From a virus, in the IMG/VR virus record IMGVR_UViG_3300020048_000062, positions 1-64,000 of that record: a stretch of 64,000 nucleotides of DNA. One strand, 5' to 3'. Within the stretch, counting starts at the first letter, position 1. Each line of letters opens with the position of its first letter. A program made the position numbers and the translations under genes. Shown here in pieces: positions 55,347 to 64,000 of the stretch. Below the pieces are notes generated by a model. That model ran no database searches and was not told where the DNA came from. It was given only the letters and a program-made list of their open reading frames with translations.

Positions 55347-56528
55347 TTATTTACTTGGTTCGTAAGGTATTGTTTCAATCTGTGGTACTGCTGGTGCTGC
55401 TGGTGTTAATGCACCTTGAAGTAAGGCGATACGTGCGTCAATATATGACTGGTAGATAGCCTGTAAGCTTTTTTCTGCTGCTTCCTGAGTGTAGTTTGAA
55501 ACTACTTTATCCATTGATTCATACAATGCTGACATAATGCTATCATCCAAGAATTTGATAAGTACTTCGCCAGTTAATGCAGGTAAATCATAGAAATTGT
55601 CAGTCCAAACGCCAGCACCTTCAACCACTTTAGTTACAACACCATTTTCGTCTCTTTCAAGCATATAGTCTGGCATGATATCTGGTTTAAGTGCAATTGG
55701 AACAGTGCCCACTTTCATACATTCTAAAGGAAATGTGCCAAAGCTTGCAATCCTGTCAACCCAAACGGCTGCGAAGTTACCTGATAACCTTTTTGCAAAG
55801 TCAACCCTACGCATAGCTTGTGGTGGTTTTGATTTTGTAAGCATTGGGTCAAACGTAACCCAACTGTATTGTGGAAACCTGCTAAAGAAAAGTTTAACAA
55901 ATTTCGAAATTTCATTTGCGTTCCTACCAATAACAGAAATGATTGGTTTCTGTGGAATTGCTGACTTCTGAAAATATTCAGGAATACCGATATTGTATGT
56001 ACTAATATTAAATTTATTCTGACCGTAGAATGTTTCAATCCATTCCTTCAAAGTTTGTGAAGTTGTGATAACATCACGAATACCAAAGGATGCCCAATCA
56101 GTACCGGGAATCAAGCTATTTACCATGTAATCAACAGATTGCATTATACCAACCCTTATACAAGGTAAGTTTTTAGTCTGCTCCATTACGTTGGAATATA
56201 CTTCGGGAATAAGCATTATGTCCTCAGGTCCTACCGTCAACTTAGGGTCGGCAATCGACATATGTTTGTGATTTGTAAGTTCTTTTTCAATCCATGTTGG
56301 TGGGATATAATCTCCACGTTCAATCAATACAGTTACGTCATAACCCATATTTTTCATGATAGTTGCATGAAAATAAAGTTCATATACGCTTGCACTTGGA
56401 CTCTGTGATTCTGGTATGCAAACTAAGAATTTTGATTTCTTATTCACAAGTTTATCTAAAGATACTTTAATCTTTTCGATTTGTTCTAATTCAGCTTGAT
56501 TTACTGCTGTATCTAATACTTCACTCAT
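55347..56528 (-). CDS. GT-B fold glycosyltransferase-like protein
   Basis: IPEVY, SFGTFPLECMKVGTVPI (E-x7-E-like region, first Glu replaced). Confidence 0.7.
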   Translation of the reverse strand: MSEVLDTAVNQAELEQIEKIKVSLDKLVNKKSKFLVCIPESQSPSASVYELYFHATIMKNMGYDVTVLIERGDYIPPTWIEKELTNHKHMSIADPKLTVGPEDIMLIPEVYSNVMEQTKNLPCIRVGIMQSVDYMVNSLIPGTDWASFGIRDVITTSQTLKEWIETFYGQNKFNISTYNIGIPEYFQKSAIPQKPIISVIGRNANEISKFVKLFFSRFPQYSWVTFDPMLTKSKPPQAMRRVDFAKRLSGNFAAVWVDRIASFGTFPLECMKVGTVPIALKPDIMPDYMLERDENGVVTKVVEGAGVWTDNFYDLPALTGEVLIKFLDDSIMSALYESMDKVVSNYTQEAAEKSLQAIYQSYIDARIALLQGALTPAAPAVPQIETIPYEPSK

Positions 56529-56533
56529 ATCGT

Positions 56534-56938
56534 TTATTGTTTTTTATATTTTTCTATTATTATGTTTGCTGTGTCGGCAGTAAATTCTGCTTCCCAATCA
56601 ATTTCAGTCATAAAAAGTTCAACTTCTAATGATTTCAATACTGGAAATCTATCAACCAATATCTGATTTATTTCGTTAAAATCTAATTCGGTTGAAACAT
56701 CAACACCATTTACTACTCTATAAATCAAAGGAAATATTATGATTTCATGTGATTCATGAATATTTTCATCTTTTAATTCTTCTTTTGCTAATAGAAGTTC
56801 CATCGCTTCTTCATAAAGTAATGCACACTTTAATTTTTTCTCGTCATCTAATTGTAATAAGAGTCCAACTTTTTCCCATTTACCGACAACATCATTGTCT
56901 GGTTCTACATTTTTAATAAATTCTGAAATACCACTCAT
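56534..56938 (-). CDS. 'Mini-capsid' protein homologous to the MCP N-terminal region and spine helix
   Basis: KWEKVGLLLQLDDEKKLKCALLYE..IIFPLIYRV vs MCP RWEKIGLLEGLDGNVKENCAQLFE..VAFPVIRRV; EIDWEAEFTA vs MCP NIDAEAELTA. Confidence 0.75.
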   Translation of the reverse strand: MSGISEFIKNVEPDNDVVGKWEKVGLLLQLDDEKKLKCALLYEEAMELLLAKEELKDENIHESHEIIIFPLIYRVVNGVDVSTELDFNEINQILVDRFPVLKSLEVELFMTEIDWEAEFTADTANIIIEKYKKQ

Positions 56939-56943
56939 ATCGT

Positions 56944-57684
56944 TTATTGTTTTTTATATTTAATTATTTTTTCGAACTCTGGACTTTCAGTTAAATCATT
57001 AATCTGTAGTACTTCCAATGAGCCAGCTTTTATGTTTTCGTTGTATGGTCTCTTAAGCTTAACAAGCTTTTTGCCCCAAGGTGTGCCAAGTGTCAATATC
57101 TCAGGGTCGGTAGTGATTAATATGTCAATATCGTCCCACATTTCAGTTGCTTTATCGACAAACTTAATGTTTTTAAACCTAGCAGTCATCCTACTTAAGA
57201 AAAACAATGTAGAAGGTATACTAAAACGATTTTCAACTGAAAATAAAGTAAATTCAACATTCTCACCATATTTTAACAAGAAGTTATTTACATGTAAGTC
57301 CATGCCTTTATACATGATTGGTGCGCTGGCATGAATTTCAAAACAATAGTCTTCATACAAGAAACGATTGTAAACTTGTCTCGCTGTTAGTCTAACTTCT
57401 TCTTCTTTCTTAAATAAGAATATATCAGCAGGTGCTTCTCCCAACTTTTCATCGTGCTGATAATAAATTGGATTAATGTTTTCTGGCATATCTTCTGGTT
57501 CTTTCAAATCCTTGATGATTTCCACAGTATCTTCAAACTTATAGTGCTTAAAGAAGTCGTAAACGTATGGCTGTTCAGGAACACCTTCCTCGCCAAATTC
57601 TTGTGCATAGAATCTATCAAATTGAAGCCATTTTGCCCTGAAAACTTCATTAATGTCTATACCTACTTTTAATTTTTTACTCAT
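56944..57684 (-). CDS. HAD/5'(3')-nucleotidase-like protein (degenerate DxN motif)
   Basis: KVGIDINEVFR, TLFFL, DILIT.DP, RPYN. Confidence 0.6.
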   Translation of the reverse strand: MSKKLKVGIDINEVFRAKWLQFDRFYAQEFGEEGVPEQPYVYDFFKHYKFEDTVEIIKDLKEPEDMPENINPIYYQHDEKLGEAPADIFLFKKEEEVRLTARQVYNRFLYEDYCFEIHASAPIMYKGMDLHVNNFLLKYGENVEFTLFSVENRFSIPSTLFFLSRMTARFKNIKFVDKATEMWDDIDILITTDPEILTLGTPWGKKLVKLKRPYNENIKAGSLEVLQINDLTESPEFEKIIKYKKQ

Positions 57685-57964
57685 GTTTTGTTTGTTTTAA
57701 TAATTCTGCTTGATATTGAAGCTCTTCTTTTAATTTTTTCATCAGTTCTATATTCTCAGCAACCAATGCTTCGTCAGTAATATACTTTGGGTTAATGCAT
57801 TCAATTCTTGTATCTGCCGATTGTGTGGGTAATATAATTATCTCGCCTACAAACGTCTGTGGTATAATTTTCGCTGCAACCTTATGTGTAAAATCTCCAA
57901 CATCTTCGCTGCGAATACCTGCTACACCAATGTATAGTACTAATATTTTACTCTCCGTTTCCAT
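57677..57964 (-). CDS. Hypothetical protein
   Basis: 95 aa; TRIECINP. Confidence 0.65.
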   Translation of the reverse strand: METESKILVLYIGVAGIRSEDVGDFTHKVAAKIIPQTFVGEIIILPTQSADTRIECINPKYITDEALVAENIELMKKLKEELQYQAELLKQTKHE

Positions 57965-58859
57965 TTTTTTCTAATTCATTTAATTCTATTGGTGATAAAT
58001 GATTTGGATTCGCCCAATCGTTGAGTGTCTTTTTTCTAGCTTCCTTTAAATCAGCTAAACTAATTGTCTTAACTGTCTTTGTATTTCCAGAAACATCTAT
58101 GGTAGCCATATATTCTTTATATTTCTCAACAATTATATCAATAAGTGGGTTTCTGACATTTGTATCATTTTCATTCATTTCAATTGTTCCAATTTGATCC
58201 ACATCAGCATACATTTTTAAAAGTGCTTCCAATGAACTATCTTTTTTGTTCTTTAGGTCAATCTGATCAACGTCACCAAGTACAATTAATTTACAATTAG
58301 TTCCGATACGTGTTAATAAAGTTAATGCATTATCTAAAATAACATTTTGCATTTCATCTGCAATAATAATACAATCATCCATACTTGAACCTTTAATATA
58401 TGCGAGTGGAAATGGTCTGATTATTTCTTGTTCACGTAAAGTAGTGATAGCTGATTCAAATATTAGTTTTTCCATATTAATGTAGTAACTCCACATGAAC
58501 GGCTCAAACTTGTCTTTCATATCACCCTTCAAGAAACCTAATTCCTCATTTTTAAGGGTAGTAACTGATTTAACTAAGTAAATTCTCTTATAACGATTAT
58601 TTGATTTCCTAAGTAAGCTGAGTGCATATGCTAAAGCTACAAAAGTTTTACCAGTGCCAGCACGTCCAGAACAAATAGTTACTTCATTATTTTTTATTGA
58701 TTGTATTAACTTTTTCTGACTCTCATTTTTTGCTACTAATTTAATGTCGTTAGTAATTATTTTTAAAATTATGTTTTTTATTTTATTAATTTCAGCACCA
58801 CTATTCACAGTGGTAATTTCATTAAAATCCTTCTCTTCCTTAACTCGGTCTCTACCCAT
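57948..58859 (-). CDS. phoH: PhoH-family ATPase
   Basis: GRAGTGKT, LGFLKG, PLAYIKG, IADEMQN, LTRIG, GDVDQID, VRNP. Confidence 0.95.
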   Translation of the reverse strand: MGRDRVKEEKDFNEITTVNSGAEINKIKNIILKIITNDIKLVAKNESQKKLIQSIKNNEVTICSGRAGTGKTFVALAYALSLLRKSNNRYKRIYLVKSVTTLKNEELGFLKGDMKDKFEPFMWSYYINMEKLIFESAITTLREQEIIRPFPLAYIKGSSMDDCIIIADEMQNVILDNALTLLTRIGTNCKLIVLGDVDQIDLKNKKDSSLEALLKMYADVDQIGTIEMNENDTNVRNPLIDIIVEKYKEYMATIDVSGNTKTVKTISLADLKEARKKTLNDWANPNHLSPIELNELEKNGNGE

Positions 58860-58984
58860 GTTACATTTATATTTATAAAATTATTTACTCCATATAAGCT
58901 TATACGTTAAAAAATAAATTATCTTGAATTTTAAACAAAATAAATTTTGTCGTATTTATGAAAAAATATAAAAATTTATAAAAC

Positions 58985-59920
58985 ATGGATGAAAATCAAT
59001 TACCAGAAAGAGAATCTATTGGTGACGCAATAGGAAAGTTCAAACAAGGAACTAATAATTCAATCGACACTCCTGCTCCAACAGCAGTTGCAAGTGGTGT
59101 TCCTAAAATGCAGCAAACTGCTATGCCAAGAACTAATTTTAATCCACAAGACTTCGAAAATACAATGTCGAAAGAAACTGACCCAGATTTGATGACTTCA
59201 TATGAAGTAGTTAAATTACCATCAGATGGAAAATTCTATTCACACGGTATTGGTCAGGTTGATGTCGAATACATGACTTCAAAAGACGAAGATTTACTTA
59301 CAACACCTTCCTTAATTGAGAATGGTACTGTATTAAATGTGCTTTTGAAAAGGAAAATTAAAACAAAAGGCATTGCTGTAGAAGAACTACTTGAAGGCGA
59401 TAGAAATGCAATTTTATTGTTTCTACGTACATCAAGTTATGGTTCTGATTATACTGTAACAGTATCTGACCCAAGAAGTGGTGTTCCTTTCGACACAGTC
59501 GTAGATTTACTTCAACTACAATATAAGGAAGTAAGTGAATTGCCTGATGAACGTGGTTATTTTAGCGTTTTCATTCCTATGCGTAAGAAAACTGTTATAT
59601 TCAGACTTTTAAATGCAGGTGAAGACAATATGTTATCGAAAAAAGCTGCACATATGATGGAAGCCTATAATGAAGAAGTAAGTCCTTATAATACATTGAG
59701 ATTGAAAGCAAGTATTGTTGCTATTAACGAAAGAAGTGATAGATCATACATCGATAGGTTTGTTGATGCAATGCCAGCAAGAGACTCATATACAATTCGT
59801 AGAAAGATAATTGAAGTTAGTCCTGACGTTAACATGGCATACACTTTCATGGCAAAAGACGGCTATCAATTTGTTGCCAATTTAACTGTAGGAGTCGATT
59901 TTTTTTTCCCAAGCACTTAG
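58985..59920 (+). CDS. Tail/baseplate assembly chaperone (gp26-like; G frame)
   Basis: LPS.GKFY, MTSKDEDLL, LL.GDRNAILL.LR..SYG, C-terminal DFFFP; upstream of the tape measure. Confidence 0.75.
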   Translation: MDENQLPERESIGDAIGKFKQGTNNSIDTPAPTAVASGVPKMQQTAMPRTNFNPQDFENTMSKETDPDLMTSYEVVKLPSDGKFYSHGIGQVDVEYMTSKDEDLLTTPSLIENGTVLNVLLKRKIKTKGIAVEELLEGDRNAILLFLRTSSYGSDYTVTVSDPRSGVPFDTVVDLLQLQYKEVSELPDERGYFSVFIPMRKKTVIFRLLNAGEDNMLSKKAAHMMEAYNEEVSPYNTLRLKASIVAINERSDRSYIDRFVDAMPARDSYTIRRKIIEVSPDVNMAYTFMAKDGYQFVANLTVGVDFFFPST

Positions 59921-60102
59921 CGGGTGAGTACAAAAAAATGGTCGATGAAGAGATATACATATTGACCAAACACGCTAAGTTTCAAGCAGAATATATCGAG
60001 AAACTACCGATTTACCGCAGACGACACTTCTTGTTCTTACTTCAAAGAGAGAACGAGGAAGTAGAAAAGATTAGAGATAAAGCTCAAAGAAGAAGTAAGT
60101 AA
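59899..60102 (+). CDS. -1 frameshift extension (T frame) of the tail chaperone, or small ORF from ATG 59938
   Basis: T9-C slippery run at 59899-59908; the -1 frame is open: PKHLAGEYKKMVDEEIYILTKHAKF...LPIYRRRHFL...; stop at 60102. Confidence 0.7.
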   Translation, partial: FFFPKHLAGEYKKMVDEEIYILTKHAKFQAEYIEKLPIYRRRHFLFLLQRENEEVEKIRDKAQRRSK

Positions 60103-60110
60103 AGAATACA

Positions 60111-60143
60111 ATAGACCAAGGTGATAAAAAATCTTGGTCTATT
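60111..60143 (+). terminator. Hairpin between chaperone and tape measure
   Basis: atagaccaag...cttggtctat, directly followed by the late motif at 60144. Confidence 0.6.
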
Positions 60144-60168
60144 GTATTTATATAGAAAACAAAACGAC

Positions 60169-62697
60169 ATGGCAGGAAAAAAAGGTGCTACCATTCTTAA
60201 AGAATATGAAGCATTGAATTTATATTTGAAAGACCAGTTACAGCTACAGAAAAGTACTAATGATTTAATTGGGGCAGCAGCAACACAAGCTGAAATTATT
60301 GCTGATAGACAAAGAACAATCAACGAATTAAAACAAAAATACGCTGACTTGACTATAGACGATAAAATCAGACTTGATGCACTTGTGGATTTACAAAGGG
60401 AAGAAGTTAATCAACAAAAGCAACTTAATAAAGAATTAGAGAAGTCAAACAAAAGAAGAAAAGAAGCTGTTGGACTTGCCAAACAATTAGGTGAACAACT
60501 TAAAATCGGATGGAAATATCTTCAAGACAGTGACAAGATTATAAGAACAACAATTCTTAATTTAGGAATGTCAGGCGTTAAAGCCGAAGCACTTAGAAAG
60601 TCATTTGAAAAAAGTGCATCATATGCTGCTATGTTAGGTGGAACACTTGCCGATAATAAAGCAATTCTTGAGGGATATGCTGATGAAACTGGTAGAGCAC
60701 GTGTATTAACGGGAGAAATGTTAAAAGACATTCTTGCAGTTGGTAAAGGTACTGGTATTGGTGTGGAACAAGCTACAAGGTTAGGTGCACAGTTCGAAAT
60801 AATGGGTTTTGATGCAAGAAAAACTATTGATTACGTTCAAGGTATTGTTGATACATCTGAAAGAATGGGTGTTAATACTACTAAAGTCCTAAAGAATATT
60901 AATGATAACTTTAAAAAAGTAAATACATATAGTTTCAAGGCTGGTAGTAAAGGTATTGCTGATATGGCAATGAATGCTGAAAAAATGAAAGTCAGTATGA
61001 AAGACGCACTTAGTGCTGCTGATGCTGCAAAAGGTCTTGAAAGTGCAATTGAATTAGCTGCTAACTTACAGGTAATGGGTGGTGAATTTGCTAAGACAGA
61101 CCCATTTGAATGGATGTATTTAGCACGTAATGAACCAGAAAAACTAACACAAAAGATTTCAGAAATGACTAGAGGTATTGTCACATTTAGAAAAATGAGT
61201 GATGGTACATTTGAAAAATTCATCAGTCCAGCAGATCGTCAAAGACTTGAATCAGTTGCTAAATCACTAGGTATTAGTGCCGAAGAAATGACAGAAATCA
61301 CACAAAGACGTGCCGACTTAGATAAAATGAATAAAGAATTAGCTGGCACAGGTTTAAGTGGAAGAGAAAAAGAACTCGTACAGGGTGCTGCAATCTTTAA
61401 CGCTAAAACAGGTAAATTTCAAGTACAGCTTGCGGGCACAATGGAAGACATTTCTTCTTTAACAACAGAACAAGCAAAAGCATTTGTTCAAGAACGTTCT
61501 ACCTTAGAAGAAAGAGCAAAACAAGCACTTACATTTGACGAATCATTTAAAGCTACCATAGAAATATTAAAAGCAACACTATTACCATTATTAAGAGGTA
61601 TACAGATTGTGTTAAATCCATTAATGAAAATTACTACTGCGCTATCAAAGTGGTCAGATAGTGGTTGGGGTGGTGTGGCTGCTGCTGCTGGATTATTAAT
61701 CTTAGGTGCAGCAGCATGGAAAGTTACAGGTGCATTACTTACTCGTGCTGCTAATGCTATGATGGGTGCAAAAGCCGCTGGAGCAGTACCAATGGGCGGT
61801 GGCGGTGGTACTGCTCCAATGGTAGGGAGTCAACAGCCTCGTGCTAAAAATGGTAGATTTGTTAAAGGTGCTGCATTTAAATCAGGTGCAAGAAGTTTCG
61901 GTCAAAGTGCTGGTATAGGTGCTGGTGTAGGTTTGGCTGCTGCTGGTGTAGGTGCTGGTATTGGTATGGCTGCTGTTGGTGTAAGTAAATTAGCTGATTC
62001 AATGGCTAAATTAACTCCTGAACAAGCCAAGACACTTCAAAGTATTACAATGTCATTGGGAACATTTGTACTTATTGGCGCAGGTGTAGCAGCAGCAATT
62101 ATATTAGTTGGTGGTGCAAGTACTGGTGCTGCACTTGGTTTAGGTATATTTGCTGGTGCTGTTGCAGTAGTTGGTGCAGGTATTGGTGTAGCTGCATGGG
62201 GTATAGGAAAAATGGCAGAAGGTTTAGGAACATTACTTAAAGGAAGTAAAAATGCTGGTAAAGACCTAATGAGCATTGCTGCTGGAATCTCAGCTATTGG
62301 CGGTGCTGGTTTAACTGCATCACTTACAGGTGGCATTGGATTAGTAACTATGTTAAGTACAATTTCAGCATATGCGCCATCAATAGGTAAAGTAGGTGCA
62401 TCATTTAGAGAAATAAGTGCTGCTTTAAGTGGCAACGCTGCTGATTATACGGCTGTAAAAGAAGCGGTGGAAGCCATTTCCAAGGTCAATACGTCAGGTG
62501 GTGGTATGTTGGCTGACTTAGCAAGATTATTAAAATCGCCATTAAAAGTTGAATTTGCTGATAAAAATATTAAGATGACTAATGATATTACATTAAACAT
62601 TGATGGTCAGAAGTTTATGCATAATGCATATGACGTAAATGTGGCAATTCAGAAGCATGTTTCAGCTGTAAATGGTACTGGTGGACATAAGAATTAA
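60169..62697 (+). CDS. Tape measure protein
   Basis: Long helical Ala/Gly-rich protein with hydrophobic segments after the chaperone; likely start MAGKKG at 60169. Confidence 0.75.
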   Translation: MAGKKGATILKEYEALNLYLKDQLQLQKSTNDLIGAAATQAEIIADRQRTINELKQKYADLTIDDKIRLDALVDLQREEVNQQKQLNKELEKSNKRRKEAVGLAKQLGEQLKIGWKYLQDSDKIIRTTILNLGMSGVKAEALRKSFEKSASYAAMLGGTLADNKAILEGYADETGRARVLTGEMLKDILAVGKGTGIGVEQATRLGAQFEIMGFDARKTIDYVQGIVDTSERMGVNTTKVLKNINDNFKKVNTYSFKAGSKGIADMAMNAEKMKVSMKDALSAADAAKGLESAIELAANLQVMGGEFAKTDPFEWMYLARNEPEKLTQKISEMTRGIVTFRKMSDGTFEKFISPADRQRLESVAKSLGISAEEMTEITQRRADLDKMNKELAGTGLSGREKELVQGAAIFNAKTGKFQVQLAGTMEDISSLTTEQAKAFVQERSTLEERAKQALTFDESFKATIEILKATLLPLLRGIQIVLNPLMKITTALSKWSDSGWGGVAAAAGLLILGAAAWKVTGALLTRAANAMMGAKAAGAVPMGGGGGTAPMVGSQQPRAKNGRFVKGAAFKSGARSFGQSAGIGAGVGLAAAGVGAGIGMAAVGVSKLADSMAKLTPEQAKTLQSITMSLGTFVLIGAGVAAAIILVGGASTGAALGLGIFAGAVAVVGAGIGVAAWGIGKMAEGLGTLLKGSKNAGKDLMSIAAGISAIGGAGLTASLTGGIGLVTMLSTISAYAPSIGKVGASFREISAALSGNAADYTAVKEAVEAISKVNTSGGGMLADLARLLKSPLKVEFADKNIKMTNDITLNIDGQKFMHNAYDVNVAIQKHVSAVNGTGGHKN

Positions 62698-62716
62698 TCT
62701 TATTTTAGAAAAGTAC

Positions 62717-62747
62717 TTGTAATTGTCATTTTTTTATTGTAACTTTG
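62717..62747 (+). promoter_or_regulatory. Bacteroidota housekeeping-type promoter (TTG-N20-TAACTTTG) facing a non-coding region
   Basis: TTG at 62717, TAACTTTG at 62740. Confidence 0.6.
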
Positions 62748-63108
62748 CCGAAGTTTTCTTCAAACTATTTCGAAATCGTTCTACGAACAATTACAAATAA
62801 GTCCTCTAAAACATCTTGCTTCAGTTCTCCGAACCAAAACACAAACTTACAAGTATTGTAATTCAATTCTTCGAACTGAACTAAAACTCGACAATATGGG
62901 AGAGGTATGCTTACTGAAAAACAGTAAGTATTTTTATTTCTATGTAGTATATTAAATTTCATTTAAAGAAAAATTATTTTGAATTCTCCCCAATTAGTTT
63001 TGATATAACAGGTTGCTTGGGGTTTGGCGGTTAGTATATAGTTTTTGGGAATGTAAAATTAGTACTTATAAAATCAATATGCAAGTATTTATTTATAAAA
63101 ACTAAATA

Positions 63109-64000
63109 ATGCCAAACATAAACGATACACCACCTTCAAGACTATCATTAAGTACAGCTGAATTGAGAAATGCAATGGAAGCTCGAAATTTGTATACACC
63201 AGATTCAGAGTATCCATTACAGAGCACACAGAATAGTGTGAAAGTCGTTAGCACAATAAACACAATTATTAGTGCACTTACTCCATTCAAGTCTTATAAT
63301 CTTGAAGATACTGTTTATGGCAGACTTATTCAAGGTAATGCTAATACTCCATTAGCTCAAATAGGAATTGCAATGTTGGGTAAACAAATGGCATTAAACT
63401 CCATGTCAAATGCTTTACAGCAATTGTTACCTGAAATCAAGGTAACTAATTTATTTGATGGAAATCCAGAAACAAATTTATTTACTCCACATAAAGACTT
63501 TACAATTACCAAGGTTGAAGGTCAGAGTGATTTCAAAAGCTTTGTTCAGAAGGTAATTGGTACTAAGAATCCAAGTACAAATCCATTTAGTGAAACTTCA
63601 AGAAATTCTGACTTTCTTAAAAATAGTGGTAGTGGTCAGTTGGTGTTTATGTTAGACCAGCTAAATAAGAATGTTTATAAATCATCTGATATTACATTGA
63701 ATCAAGTTGCAATTGACGTTAAAGACCCAATTCAACCAAGACGGAATTTAGTGTCTACCGATAACATGACTTTCTTTAATTTTGCTAATGAATATGAATA
63801 TCCATTAATGAAACACTATCCTTCATCAAGGGCAGGTGTAGCAGCAGACCAATCAATGATTAATGCGTTAAATACTTCATTTAATGCAAATAAAGATGGT
63901 AAGAGTAATCAGGAATATGCACCAAATCAGGAATTTATTGAAAACTTAGGTAATACTGTCCAGACGTATAAAACTTCGTCATTAGGGACTCAAAATGAAT
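63109..64000 (+). CDS. Late structural protein, probably baseplate/tail (runs off window)
   Basis: ATG at 63109 (MPNINDTPPSRLSLSTAELRNAMEARNLYTP...), open to the end; late motif at 63085. Confidence 0.65.
   Translation, partial: MPNINDTPPSRLSLSTAELRNAMEARNLYTPDSEYPLQSTQNSVKVVSTINTIISALTPFKSYNLEDTVYGRLIQGNANTPLAQIGIAMLGKQMALNSMSNALQQLLPEIKVTNLFDGNPETNLFTPHKDFTITKVEGQSDFKSFVQKVIGTKNPSTNPFSETSRNSDFLKNSGSGQLVFMLDQLNKNVYKSSDITLNQVAIDVKDPIQPRRNLVSTDNMTFFNFANEYEYPLMKHYPSSRAGVAADQSMINALNTSFNANKDGKSNQEYAPNQEFIENLGNTVQTYKTSSLGTQNE

Noticed and set aside
62765-62962. 65-aa minus-strand ORF in the intergenic region
   Set aside because: No promoter motif or recognisable features, and the promoter present points the other way. 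It cannot be fully excluded.
1168-63290. Many 60-170 aa ORFs antisense to or nested in long genes (e.g. 5957..6424, 9095..9595, 23654..24061, 27638..28135, 29404..29862, 62037..62435)
   Set aside because: Ser/Phe/Leu-rich mirror translations of A-rich coding strands, with no promoters or motifs.
1-64000. Stop-codon reassignment as in some large Bacteroidota phages
   Set aside because: Conserved genes are full length in the standard code, and TAG/TGA end genes at sensible positions.
1-64000. tRNA or rRNA genes
   Set aside because: No cloverleaf with a T-loop GTTC motif or rRNA-like stretch was seen in the short intergenic regions.

Overview
AT-rich 64-kb segment of a large T4-like (gp23-type capsid, contractile tail) myophage genome. 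The host is most likely Bacteroidota, inferred from TAnnTTTG host-type promoters, A-rich leaders without Shine-Dalgarno sites and a Bacteroidota-style small lipoprotein. The window holds the virion morphogenesis core: TerL, portal, prohead protease, scaffold, major capsid, neck/tail completion, sheath, tube, gp5-like spike, M23-bearing hub-like protein, tail chaperone with a -1 slippery site, and tape measure. It also carries a gp55-like late sigma factor, thyA, dut, phoH, an SF1 helicase, two glycosyltransferases and four homing-type endonucleases. About 28 copies of a GTATTTAT late-promoter motif sit upstream of genes, always in the coding orientation. Most notable: (1) terL is fractured by an atypically split intein whose N-half is fused in frame to an endonuclease with its own promoter; (2) four unrelated proteins share an N-terminal K-D-x-K-x-R-L-F-E-x-M leader ending at an apparent prohead-protease site, suggesting a capsid cargo-loading system; (3) two small 'mini-capsid' proteins consist of the MCP N-terminal helices joined to the spine helix; (4) two or three promoter-driven structured non-coding RNAs. 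All assignments come from motif recognition by eye; no database searches were run.
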